Shown here one piece after another: positions 1 to 13,060 of a stretch of 64,000 nucleotides of DNA. Where the stretch lies: the NCBI GenBank assembly GCA_043228905.1, contig JBHGNT010000001.1, forward strand, positions 32,984,001 to 33,048,000, read 5' to 3'. Both the position numbers and the translations under genes were made by a program. The notes under the pieces were generated by a model that was not told the origin of the DNA, ran no database searches, and saw nothing but the letters and a program-made list of their open reading frames with translations. The stretch comes from Azolla caroliniana (Eukaryota > Plantae > Polypodiophyta). How positions within the stretch are numbered: the stretch's first letter is position 1; each line of letters starts with the position of its first letter.

Positions 1-2294
1 TAAATTTCTCAGTGGAGTGAGATGAAATTAAGATGATACAATAGCACCTATAAAGTCCAGTTCCAATCAAAGTAATTGAATATGGCTGATAGTCTGTGCT
101 AATAATTAATCCTGATAGTAGTCTGGACAGATACTTTCCATAGAAGATTTAATATTGCATTGGACAACAATTTAAGAACTAGATGGAATGAACGAACGTT
201 TCAGGTGGCATCATATAGGATGTCTCGATCTCGCATGGTAAAAATACGTTATCAAGAAAATTCGAGATTGAACATTTGCGCATATCGATGGATTGATAGT
301 GGGTTCGTTAATTATGTAATATTACAGGTTTACTCAATATGGTTTCGTTTACGAGCTTTTTAAACATAATAACGGATAATGTGCTAAAGAAACATGGCTG
401 CATGTCCCATACAACTGTTTCATCACCCCCCGCCCCAACACCTTACAAAAAACCACCAAATAAAACTATTGACTATCCACAACTAATTTACTCCACGACT
501 CTTTCATTCGATTTAAGAAAGAATTGGAGAACGAAGCATTGGTACGCAGATAAGAAAAATATTTTGGGGCCACATAATATAATTGTGAGGTGTGACTCAT
601 GTATTTAGCCCTAACACTGTACAACAAATCATAACAAGTATACATATGCATGTCACCTAAAGGATTGCTCGAAAACAAGCATTAAGTGTGCGGTATGAGA
701 ATGGGATGATGCCAGAGTTGTACCCAATGATGTGTAGTACTGGTACAGTTATTGCCTGCAAAATAAGAGCACAAAACTGAGTTTTAGAATTTACGGAGAA
801 GGGCACATACAATTCAACCTAGCTGGTATAATCAAGCATTTGGACATGTTTTCCGACACAGACAGGACTCCTCCGGTAGACTAGATGAATGTATTGCTGC
901 TCCAGTAGACTAAATGAATGCATTCTTTACTATTCTCCTTCATTTTTGAAGTTCCCAAACTTTATCAGCAGCCTTCCAAAGAAGTAATTATATGTGCCAG
1001 AAGTATGATATAAAAAGTTCTCCTTTCAAAAAGAGTTGTCATCAGTGATGCTAACTTAAATATGCATTTGTAGCAAAGGGTAGTAGCTCATGGCTAAGAA
1101 CTTCTACAGAGTTTAAAAGATAATACTATTCGCTTTGTATGGCTCGGAAATAACAGTAGCAGCAGGCATTAAAGAACTTGAAGAAACTAGTTATGCCCGC
1201 TAATAATTCATAATTACTGCTCTACATATAGAAGCTAACCTATCAATGCCATGTTTTAATAAGCTTCCCGCCTAATAACCTTACGTTGTAATTGACTAGG
1301 TATGCCTAATCTCAACTGCAAACCTATCTAAACTGTGTCCACAAATCAAAGAAGAGACCCTTGGAGTTTACCTCACCCAACGGCAGTAAGGGCCATGCTT
1401 TCTAGTGCATATATGAATAAGGAAAAAGAGCAAGAATATCAGGGAACACTAAAACATGGACAGCAGTAACCAGTTGACGTTTAAACATTAAAACTATGGA
1501 CTTAGGGTTTAGTTGTGTGTATATTTTTAGGGTTTAGTTGCTAAGTGGAGTGTGCTTGAAGGATTTGTGACAAGTAATGAGCAGTTTGTATATATCATTG
1601 ATATAAATATGCCTCCATTTAGGGTATCGTCGATAAAAAGCATTTCAACATTGCATATTGCATAATTTGGATCGAAGTTAGTTAAGTTTGGTCGGTGCCA
1701 TCTATGCCTCTATTATTACCATTCTTTCAAGGAATCGTTTGAGAAGGGGAGAGTCCAATCAGTCATTCAGCCCTTACTTCTTTGCCGTGTTGGTGCAATT
1801 TTAGAGACCCCACATCCCTTCTCCTTCCCCGAAGAAAAGCAGTCCATTTGCTTTATGCTTTATGCTTTTGCTTTGTCAGCTTCCACTCTGCTGTCGATAT
1901 AACCAAAGAGGCAATGAAAGACAATGATAGCAGCCGCTAAGAAGAAAGAAACTTAGATTCTCCTTTTCTCCTCCTCGTTCCATTGCTTCAGGAATCTATA
2001 TCTATCTGTCGATCTATCTAAAATAATCCAAACACAGTGGTCATACATGTACACACACGTCCATATCTATTTATTCGTTTATTGATGAGTTTTAACCCCC
2101 GTCACCACGAGAATCAGGCCAATGTGAGTTCCATGTCGCTACGGGAGCATCAATCTAGTTTGTTTTATAGCGCAGGGGACCATCAAAACTACCCTTCCTT
2201 TGCCCATGCAGACAAATGAACCAGCTTTCACACTATGGAAACCTCTGCTGCTGATGTGTGCTTGTTACACAGACAACACCTACTCCCGAGTCCC

Positions 2295-2295
<1 letters not shown>

Positions 2296-2326
<31 letters not shown>
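2296..2326. repeat. (CA)n microsatellite
   Basis: Direct reading of the AC dinucleotide run. Confidence 0.95.
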
Positions 2327-2328
<2 letters not shown>

Positions 2329-2939
2329 ATCCAAGCAAAAGATAGGGGACTCTAGTAGCACATCCTTTGATTGATTATGCCGTGCAACTCGCTCGCTTCT
2401 TATTATTCATGCCATGTTGGAAACGTTTCAACACTATACAGTAAACATGATCAGATGCAGAGAATGGAATTTCACCACAACAGAATTCAGACGAGACATG
2501 TAATAATGCATTTTTTCACGAGATTCTCCTGGTTACATATAAACAAAATCTCATTTTTCCCCACGTCAAAGTCGAAGTTTAGAGTTGTGGATACTAAGAC
2601 AGACTTATAAACGAGCCTTTTGCTAAGGGATAAGGCTAGGAAAACATCACACGTGAATATTGCAAATGCTGATGACTAATATAATTGGAAGCATCCCATC
2701 GGAACATGAATAGTTATATACTAGGTTTCAGCTTCTTGGCATTAAATACAGGTAAGTCCCTCCAAGGATCACAACACACCCCACTTCGATTTCATTCCAA
2801 ACCCATCCAAAGAGTATTATTAGCAGAAACTTTGCACAATGGATTACAAGAGTATCATTTACAGAAACATTGCACAATTAATTTAATAACACTTCTGATT
2901 TCATTCACATTTCCATAGTTAGAACAATGGACTAGTGCA

Positions 2940-3100
2940 GATCGCTTGCCATTGCCAAGCACCAAAAACGTCTCAGCTTCCATACGGACAAGATATTTGG
3001 CTACCTTCTTCTACAAGTAGAGTGCACAAAAGTACATTTAAATGATTGTGAGAAAGTGTAAGTAGGATGAATCAAATTATTTGAGGAGAGCAAATGATAG
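2940..3100 (+). mobile_element. Possible highly decayed Ty1/copia 3' end (RNase H tail, polypurine tract, start of 3' LTR)
   Basis: Frameshifted reading HTDKI-LATFF-TSRVHKSTFK*L*ESVS resembles the copia RNase H end (..TDKQLADIFTK..F..LR..), with TGA stops where CGA is expected. It is followed by purine-rich ttgaggagagcaaa and then tgatag. LTR end and TSD not found. Confidence 0.25.
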
Positions 3101-6100
3101 AAGGGGTGGGTCCATATATACTGCATTTTCTTGTGTTACTTCACTCCTCTGCTCAGATTTCTATTATATCTGTAAAGGAAAATATGCGAGTGTTAAAGGT
3201 ATTACACTATCTGCTCTTTTTTCGAGTCTTTCAACAGAACAAAATGCTTGTTGGCATCATCATTATGATGCACATCTACGACCTAGTACGCTTTGTGACA
3301 CCATAACGGTTTTCTGAACTGAAATTTAAGAAAACAGATGACATGTAACTGTGGCCCAAAGTTCTGATTATTGAAATTATAAAAAGACGATAATGAGGAG
3401 AATACAGAGAAAGAGATTGTGTTTACAACAATTCCTGCTTATCACATAACGATGGTTAAAACGCGATTGGGATTACTTCTGAGTAATCCAATTCTGCATC
3501 TGCGTGTAAGAAGGCGGATTAAGGGTTATTCGGATTAAGCCTACAACGTGAAGACCACTTCAGTAAGCCTTCCCCGTCCGATCTTTCTTTGCCTTCATTG
3601 ACGGACCTCAAGAGGCACCAACATATACATAACACATCTTTAACAAATGCATTCCGTATGCGTATTCCAATTAGTTCTTGGCAATGCAATAACACAATAA
3701 AGATCTGGGTGACTTGCACTTTATCCGTTGCGCAGGTCTTCCATGTCAGGGATTCAGTGATTTTCCTCGTACAAAAACCCAACAAAGCCTTCGTCTTTAA
3801 CCTGCCTAGCAATAATATAGAATTAGTCTTTACTAGTTTCCTTCAGTTACAAAAAACTCGTATCCTTTACAGCTTCTTTACGTCAAAAACTCAGAAAGCT
3901 ATGGAAACTCTTATTTCATTATTACCCATTTCTAATAATAAAAACCGCGCTACTTTATCTTCATGTATGTTATAGAAATGAGAGTACAGCTACTGCATTC
4001 CCCTGTTTAGGGTACTGCATTCTAATTACTCGATGTCACGAAATCAGATAAAGGCTGCTTAACTTCATCAATGAATGCGAGCCCCAAAATTCTCTTTGCC
4101 ATGAAACCACAGGAGCGCTGCTTCATTTGCTCAATTCAACAAGTAATAAGAGTGGAAATTTAATCTAATTGTTATATTCTAATTTTCACCGTAAAAACAT
4201 TTCTTTCATTTCTCAAGGACAAAGAAAGGAGTACTTTAACCCAAGACTATACAGAAAAGCCTGCCAGATCACGGAGAAACCAAACAGGCGACGAAGACAG
4301 GAAATCCTGTGGGGAATCCCCGCAGAAAAGAAAGAAAAACATTGGAATGCTGGAAAAATACTACCTTGCATAGACAATTTAGGGCGTAAAACATGGCGCA
4401 ACAGAGAAGGAAAAGATGGAGTTTCTTTTTTCTGTTGCGTCAGAGAGAAAAAATATTTTAAGCCCCGTCGTCCAGAAAGGATCAGAACAGATGTCGGCCT
4501 GGTGAAATAGGCGCCATGGATTCAGTCACAAGGAAGAGATCTCATGGCCCTTTGGATTAGGCCCAGGGTTAAGACGGAAAGAAAGACTGTCCGCAATCCT
4601 AGTTCCCTTCCTTCTTATACTCCTTCTCCACGTTCATCAAGCCTGCAGAAATGGGAAAGCTTGTCCTTACTCTTCTTTGCTGTTAGGGTTTGCCCTCCCC
4701 TGTTTTAGGGGACAATTTTGAAATTTTCAGAAATGGAAGTACCCAATGGAGATGGTGATGATGTTTGGATGAACATGTTAGTGCACTTGAATTCGACAAA
4801 ATAGTGTGTCCAGTCCTTGTTCAGGCCATCGAAATCAAGAACAAAAGCGTTGGTGAAACCGCATACCCGATATCAATCTCCCGCCTTGAACATGTTATCG
4901 TGTGTCTATCCAAGTCTAACGGGTGATGCGGATCACTTTCTCGCGTGTTGTGGCCAAGAAAAGCTTTTGAGCTAGCTTTTTACATAACTTTGGCCATGTT
5001 GAGGGCATTCAGATGTAGGTTGAGTAGCGGCAAGCATGTAGCACCACAAAATAATTCCCCACTCAATGAGGGGATATACTAGAGTGCTAATTATTATCAA
5101 TGAAACATGAACAACACACATAAAAAATTGTGATCGTTGGAAAAAGTTCCACTCATGTCAGCTATTTGAATTGTCACACAACGTTTCCCACTCTATCCTT
5201 CTCAACCATAACAAAGCCATAATGTAAATAGATACAAGCAACAAATGTACCACCTATCGGTCTTGCATATTTCTACCGAATTCAACAAATCCTTGCCAAA
5301 TTGGGAATGTTTGATGCACTTGAGGGAAAGACATAGAAAGTTGGTGGATATAAGAAGTTTGGTTTTTAATAGTGTGACACAAAAGGCTTGTATCCCTCAC
5401 ATGCTATGCGGGTTGTTCATCATCTTTTTGAGCTACAACCGTTTATCAATTCCTAAATGAAATTCTCCTGTGGTGTTCCAAGGCTTCTCATATTTTTTGA
5501 GCTACATCATACCATATTAGTCTCGTTTCGAGCCCTTCTTAGTTTTTGTATGGTCACATAATACTCGCATTGGCTTGAAGGATTATTATTGTAAGTTCTT
5601 AATTAGATTCACCAACATTAAGCTGACCAAAACCATATAATCTTGTTCAAATTTTACAAAAAGTGAGAGTGTTGTGATCCATTGGGATTGGCAAATTTCC
5701 TTACAAATGGATCCAAAAAGGTGATCGTCAAGAGTTGCATGCCCTTGTCTTACCAAGATCATTTCAATAGCTAAATTTAAATGGAGACTCAATGTTATTA
5801 AGGGCCTAATGGACATGCATACAGACCTTAGAGATGGCTAGCGATCAATAAACCTCAAAATTCCATGGCCTCTCTCTTCCCAATGGATATCAAGTAGATT
5901 CCAGAATTTCCAAAAACTAAGAACGCCAATAATACAGAACCCATGGATTCATGATTTCAGAGTTCAATTTCATTACATTGAGCTAAAAATGAATTGAAAA
6001 CAGGATTTCAGTAGAACGAGATAACACCCAAATTTGTTGGATGTCTCACTAGTATATGCAGACAGGAATAGAACACCTTAGTGTGTTTATATTATTCTAT

Positions 6101-6317
6101 AGAGGGTAAATAATATGAGGAATGTGAGGAAGAAAAGACATGAGCACGCGTGTTCATGTGCATATGGCCTCTGCCTCCAAAAATAAAGGACAAAATCTTG
6201 AACTTTTGAACATAGCTTTTACCCATTGAAGAGGCGATTTCTCCTTGGATAAGGCCGTGCATAAAAAGCATTTATTGCCCCTTAGAACATTGTGAATAAT
6301 TTACAGTTCAAATGATT

Positions 6318-9300
6318 TCACCAAGCATGCAATGGTTCAGCCCTCCAAAAGGGTTTTTGGCAAACAAGAAGTTGTTGATCTTCAACACCATCGACCGAAA
6401 TAACACGAGATTCCCATTTCATTTGAGAAACAGCTGCCCTTGCATCTTCAATCAAATCAACACTGTCCCGCAAGATAACCCATCCCTACATCAAATATTA
6501 CACATTACTACAAATCTTCAGGAGAGAAAGAGAGGAGATTGTAACTTGTAGAGAGAGAGAGGTTGGAGGAAATATTGCTTACTTCAGGACGCAAGATCCG
6601 ATCCATTTCTAGGAGCAAATTTGAGAGCCCACATACAGCGGATTTCTTGGCTTCTTGTTGAGAAAGAAGACCAATCCCATGCAAAAGATCATACGTTCGA
6701 GGATATGTTGGGAAGGGTTCACACCTACAACCATTCCAACATTAGATAGATAGATACTAGGAAGACTTTGTTTGTCAGTAATAGCTATTACTGTTGCTAC
6801 TGGCATTAATATTGATTGCTCGTGCTATAAACACATACCAATCATGTTGTATCCCGATCAACCCTCGGCTGTAGATTGAAGATAGTGAGATGGGACCATT
6901 TTTAGGGACAACATTCATGACCCACACGGACTTCTTAGCTTTCATGAGAGCAACATTCAAACTACCATGTAAGGCATTCATGTCCATCACATTGCGTACA
7001 ATGTTTGTTGGGGGTAATGGGTCTTCTTCTCCCGGACGTTTAGGGTGGTCTGAAAAGATTAACGGAGATAGCAAAGACCAGTAGCTTTTCACTACCGCTG
7101 ACCAAATCACTGAATCCTCAGAAACATCTTGAAATTCTTCAGTCGAAAATCCTGGATAAACAGCAAGGATGTTAAGTTGTCCAAGACCCACATCCCATGA
7201 TATATTTTAGTGGGTTTAATATATCTCTTATAGTGTACAAGACCCACTACCTTGTCACATATTTCATAATTTTTTGTAGGCTTATTCACTCTCTTAATCT
7301 CTTAAGAAATTTTACAAGATTTATTCAAGATCATTACCATTAACATGATTCATATTCTTCACTTCATCTTTCCAATGAGCCACACTCCGGGTATTTACAC
7401 TAATACAAGGATGTAACGATGCATGCCCAGAAGACCTTGTTTCCACCAATTGATCACAGAGCTTTGGTTTGGCCTCCAAACTCCTATCAACAGAGGCAAG
7501 AAATTTAGAAGATTAATTGTATGAATACTTTCACAAAATGTGAGCTGGTAAACTTTAAGCCAGGAGCAAAAAGGTCATACAAAAGATAGGTTCACACTGT
7601 GAATTTAAGAAATTCACATAGCTCACATAACTTCAGAAATTTAAGTTATATTGCGAGCTGGTAAACTTTCGGCCAGGAGCAAAAAGGTCATACAAAAGAT
7701 AGGTTGACACATAGGGAAAAGTCATGTAAAATATGAGCATATGCCAGTAAATATTAGACTCAAATAAAACAGAAAAAAGGACATACCGTGATAAGTAACA
7801 ACTATGGTTTGATGTCTTTTGCCAAACAGTTGATTTATCATTTTCCGATACTGCTGACCAACACATATTGTTTGCTTGTTCTTTGTTCACTTCCGTAGGC
7901 ACATCATCAACTGTTGGCACTGGAAATGAAGAAGATGCAAAGATTCCACCAGGTTTTAACAACCTATCCAACTCCAGAATCTGAAGACCCTCTGAAAGCA
8001 TAGGCTGTAAATTAGGCAATGGTTTGCATATCTTTCACTAAAGATCTACATTATACATATGTATATATGTATATACGTATGCATGACTTCTGAGAGGATG
8101 TCTCAACTTGAATAATCTTCCATCAAGAGGCAAAACAACTAGATATCTTTCCTCATGGAGAGAGGCTAGCAATAAATAAATAAATAAGAGTCATTCAATA
8201 ATCACCTTTCCATGTCCAGTCAAAGTTGCAATCCATGCAATGGATCATATCAAAAGATGATTTCGGGAATGGCAATTGTGAGTTAACCAGCGAACCAATA
8301 ACTGCTGGCAATCCTCTCTCAAGAGAGAACTGAACTTGACTGCCATTGACCTCATAGGGAGCCATACATAAAACAATGGCATCTCTTAAAAAGTGATTAT
8401 AACTGCTGATTCGACTCAGTCCACAATTGATATCCAACACCATCTGGACCTTTGATAATACAAGTTATGTCATTAGAAAATAATCGATACTCATTTCATC
8501 AGTACAAAAACAACAAACAATTAAATTCCTTTCCGGTCACATGAGTAGCACTATAATCTTCCATCCACATCAAGAGGATGCAATTCACAACCTAGAAGAG
8601 CATATTTGATATCTAGCGCCATTTTAGATACTTCAGTACGCATATTAGTGATGTCAATTGAAAGATAAGGAATAATAATAATAAATGTATTATCACAATA
8701 TTCAGAACAAAAGAATGTAAATTTCCTTTCGGTCAAATGAGATAGGTCAAATCCAACTTACTTGATCTTGTTTGCCATATAAATCATCGATGACTTTAGC
8801 CATCAAGTGTAAATGTTTGTCCAATCCATCAACGGATATTTGCGCCATGTCAAGGCTAACAACATTGCCAGCCTCTAGCTTCAGTCTAGAACATAGAAAT
8901 ATGGAGAAGTAAAGTTGTAAATAAATTCACATTTCAATATACATGAATAACGTATATGCTAAGAGATCCTTATCACCTTATTAGACTTGCCCCCGATAAA
9001 CCCAACTGTCCAGTAAACTTCATGTTTCCATGCCAAACACCATTGCTAGACGCAGGCCACCTTGGAGGAATCTTGTATCCATTTGGAGGTGGAATCAAAC
9101 ATTGCTTTCTTATTTCACAATGTCTATCATTAGATTCGTCAAGCATAAGGCTTTTATAACAAGGAACAAAATCTTCTTCAACAATATCACATGCTGGGAA
9201 TTCCTTCATTCGGGCTGAATCATGGTCAAAAACCCCTCCTTTCAAAGTATCCAGAACAATATCCTCTTGAATTCGTCGATGTGGTCTATGTGTTGTGCCT

Positions 9301-9725
9301 AAAGATGGCACCAGTTTCAAGTTATACCGAGGATTTCTTGTTCCAAGCATTCCAATGAGCATATAAATGCTCACAAAGGAGAATAACATACTGGATCCCA
9401 GAGAAAATGCAAAAGCCCTCTTGTTTCGACCTTGTCCAGAATAACCCAAATTAGCCTTAATAGGGCTTGTGGAGGCAAAGTTTCCCATTTTGATAGCTCC
9501 TTTTGTCTTCTCGTTGTCAATGGATCGCTTAAATGGTGATACATTGTCATGAGCATTTTGGCTAGGCATTGATCTAATGCTAGGATCACTATGAGATCTC
9601 CATGATTCTATTGTTTTCCAATTGAAAACATGTAGAGAAAAACGATTTCCACTGGATTTATATAGATCTGAAACTTTATCCAATGTTGAGCTCCTGCTAG
9701 ACAGCCCATTCTTTGTATCTTCCAT
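6318..9725 (-). CDS. Probable pectin methyltransferase, QUA2/TSD2-PMT4/5 clade (DUF248, Methyltransf_29), 8 coding exons
   Basis: Exons about 9725-8977, 8885-8762, 8449-8206, 7991-7787, 7483-7338, 7151-6839, 6724-6583, 6485-6318 with GT-AG sites. Motifs: EDFVPCY, CLIPPPNGYKIPPRWP, GSQVQFSLERGLPA, YWSLLSPLIFSDHPKRPGEEDP (QUA2/PMT4/5 signature), RNVMDMNA, HDWCEPFPTYPRTYD, MDRILRPEGWVILRD. N-terminal TM anchor present. Confidence 0.92.
7538..7710. repeat. About 60-bp direct repeat in methyltransferase intron 4
   Basis: gagctggtaaacttt..gccaggagcaaaaaggtcatacaaaagataggtt.acac occurs at about 7542 and about 7655. Confidence 0.9.
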
Positions 9726-11079
9726 GGGAGGCGATCTATCAATGAAGTCGATTTATTTAGCACTGAAATCTTAACTCTTGTAAGTTAGAGCTTAAGCTTA
9801 ACCACTGTTGTCTCTGTTGAATTCAGAAGTTTCTTTCAATGAGCTGAAAGTTGAACACTCCGGGGATTCATCTTATCCTGTGTTAGAGATTAACCTTTGT
9901 AAATTAGTTTTTAGCTCTTAATCTATAGTGTGGTTTCAAATAACATAATTATTTTCGATTGGACCTAAAGATTTCAAATTTCATCTTTAAGAAAAACAGT
10001 ACAAATTGAACAATTAGAGATTAGCTTTCTCCTGTGTATATATATTAAAGATTAAGCTTTCCGATTAGATTAGGGTTTAATTTTAATCTCTCTTGTGGTT
10101 TGAAAAAAGATTCTTCGCAAATAGTGCAAGAGCTGAATAATTAGGGGATTTTTCTTGGTATAAACTTCTCTTTTCTTAAATCAATGGTGTAGGGTCATTA
10201 CCAAAGGAAACATAACATGAAACCGATCAAAGCAAACAACATTAAATACGTGATCAATGCTGAGTACATTTTCTTTTGTAAGGTTATCATCAGAGCACAG
10301 AAAATTACGAATCAGAGATAGTAAGTAGTATATCTGACCGATACTGAATCGAATTGCCTTAGCAAAAGAAAACTTCTTTTACTATCTCTTTAGAACAAAT
10401 ACAGTGTCATTATCAGCATTTTCACCATTTGGGGGCCTTTCAAAATCTGTTTCTCTGCAGTAGACAGTATGGCGATGGTAGGTGAATTTTAAACAGCGGA
10501 GGTCGAAGAATTTTTATTTTTTTTAAACATCAAAGAAACAGAGGGAGCTCACAGTCGTTTCCATTGATGGGTGTGGCCATGGCGGAGGTTACCCTTAACG
10601 CGCAGAGAGAGAGAGAGGGGGGGGGAGGGGAGAGGAGAGGACACAGAGCAGGGGAGAGGTAAAGAGATCCAAAATGGAGGAAAGAAGGAAGGCCCATTAC
10701 CACGTTTATGATGATTTAGCTAGAGAGAGAGAGAGAGAGAGAGAGAGGAGGGTTAGGGGGGGGGGGAAGAGAACGCCGAGTCGCCATAGCTAAACGAAAC
10801 TGCCATTTTCTCTCTCTACTCTGTTCTCTGTCTCTCTCTACTCTGTTCTCTGTCTTTCTCTCTCTCACCACTTTCTTCTTTTGGAGTTATTGAAATTTGG
10901 GGGTTGCCTCCACCTTCCATTTTGGGGCTGCTGCTGCTCTTCTTGTGTCTGTCTACTCAATTTACTCACTACTACTGCATATGTACATATAAATAATGAA
11001 TCAAACAAATTATAAAAGAAATGGCTCCTCTCTCTCATCTATTTATTTAGCATTCAATTGTTCTTTTCATCTTTAAGGG

Positions 11080-11098
11080 TATGTGTGTGTGTGCGTGC

Positions 11099-11186
<88 letters not shown>
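11080..11186. repeat. Long (GT)n microsatellite
   Basis: About 105 bp of GT repeat with a short GC interruption. Confidence 0.97.
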
Positions 11187-11187
<1 letters not shown>

Positions 11188-12013
11188 GGTGGGGGTGTCT
11201 CAATGAATTGGATTGGATCACTTACTTGTTCTTTACATTACACTATGCTCACTTGAAAAAAAACTATACAAAAAATAAAGAAGGATTTGGGATTTATATA
11301 TATATATATATATATCATTCATCTAATCCTTGCCCCTTTCCATGTGGATTTATCATGGATCCCAGGAAATCATTACTATAGACAGCTTCCATTCGTTTCA
11401 TTTTTAACGTGCCTTGCTCCTCGTTCTCTTACCGTCTGCAAGAGATCTTAGAGTAGCAATTGGTGTGTGGAGTAGCTCTATTCTACATTGTGTGAATTCC
11501 ATTGGGAAGTAATTTGCAAAACCGTTGCCATAAGAATAATAATAATAAAACATGCAGCTTGACACTAGCGTAAAAGTGCTCATAAATCGTGTACACATCT
11601 TTATTTGTGGAATACGTTACAAACTTACAAGGTTGTCCTTCATGTTTTGCTCTTCCTTTCATATCCAATGTTTTATATAACATGAAATTAGAACTTTGAG
11701 CAATTGTGGTCCTTGTCAAAGTTAAGATGCTTTTAAAACGTGATGTTAGAATAAGTCTATTGAAGATTGTGGGAAAATGATTGTTCTCTTGGAAAGCTTC
11801 ATTTCAGGAGGTGCACATCAGCCAAAGTTCTACTAAATTATAGAAATGAAGCTCCTAGAAATTGCCCATACGTTGCAATTTTATTATCATGTGCATTATC
11901 AAACTATCAAAGGTTAACTACAATTATTGTCGGACCATTAACTAACATTTTGCATATTGATAAATCCCTACAATGCATATCCAAAATGTAACTAATCAAA
12001 TATTGATATTATG

Positions 12014-13060
12014 TTAAACCCTAAGGTTGATGTCCATGGCATAACCATCCACAATGTTTGTAGATTTTTTAATTGATCTGCTTTTCATTCAAGTGCAATC
12101 AACACATAAATATACCTAGATATGTGTATTCAAGTCAATGACAATGTTAAAGCAAAATTATACATGTGCTAGTATAACCCTAAGGTCGATGTCCATGCCA
12201 TAGCCACCCACAACGTTCGTAGATTTGTTAATGGGCATACTTTTAATTCGACTTTAATTAGCGCACAATCCAATCCATGATATTATCAAAGCAAAAGCAT
12301 GCATATGCATTTGAGAACATCAAAGTTGAAAAGTAAGTTCAAGAGTCATTCTTTACATTAGAATCATGTAATAGCATTTGAGCTCTAGAAAATCTTTCTC
12401 CAATTTCATCTACTAGAGTGAAGTTGCTTTCAAAAGCCCCTCTACTCCAAAATCCCTCGGGGGTGGTTGTTAACTTTCCACATATATGTGCTTCTGTTGA
12501 TTTGTTCCAATTTTAAGTTCTCGGCATAGATATATCATTCTCAACAAATTTATCTCCCTTGTCACGGTCAAACACGCAATTAACAACAACCATAATTGAT
12601 TCTATATTTTTGAAAAGTTATTGAAAGTGAAACACTTACCATTTTGAACCTTATTCTAAACCACAATGAAAGAAGCATAAAGTTATGGCCTCTTAACATG
12701 CATTGATATTCCCCCAAAAAGTTAGTGACTATTGGCCTATGAAGATTCAAGCAAGAATCATGTTCTTTCAAAACTTGATGTAGATCACAAGTGGAATATT
12801 TCGAGAAACTTCATACATTGGTATATGATACACCACTCGTGACTTTTTGGTACAAATCTATGTTGGATTCGACTTCTAAACTTAGTGTTGTTTAGGTGAA
12901 AATTGTCATATCATGTGGACAAGTGCACCATGAAAACAATGCTTAACCACCCATTTTGAGAAACTTCATACACAGATATATGATACCCCACTCGTGACTT
13001 TTTTATACAAATCTATGTTGGATTCGACTTCTAAACTCAATGTTGTTTATGTGAAAATTA
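12014..13060. repeat. Two pairs of diverged direct repeats (about 160-bp and about 155-bp periods)
   Basis: aaccctaagg(t/c)gatgtccatg at about 12017 and 12176; gagaaacttcatac..ccactcgtgactttt..caaatctatgttggattcgacttctaaact at about 12803 and 12958. Confidence 0.85.

Noticed and set aside
655-1420. Possible minus-strand 5'UTR exons (gag|gtaaac near 1371, ttgcag near 757) of a gene leaving the window
   Set aside because: Splice-like signals and telo-boxes are present, but there is no recognisable coding sequence to support a call.
2995-3008. AAGGTAGCCAAAT (R2 target-like 28S motif) on the minus strand
   Set aside because: Only 13 bp with no flanking rRNA homology; chance match.
3153-3263. 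Possible C/D snoRNA on the minus strand (ATGATGA..CTGA)
   Set aside because: No terminal stem and no recognisable rRNA-complementary guide; boxes are expected by chance.
11058-11381. CVCV-rich and ERER-rich ORFs (also 34208, 37502, 53157)
   Set aside because: Translations of microsatellites.
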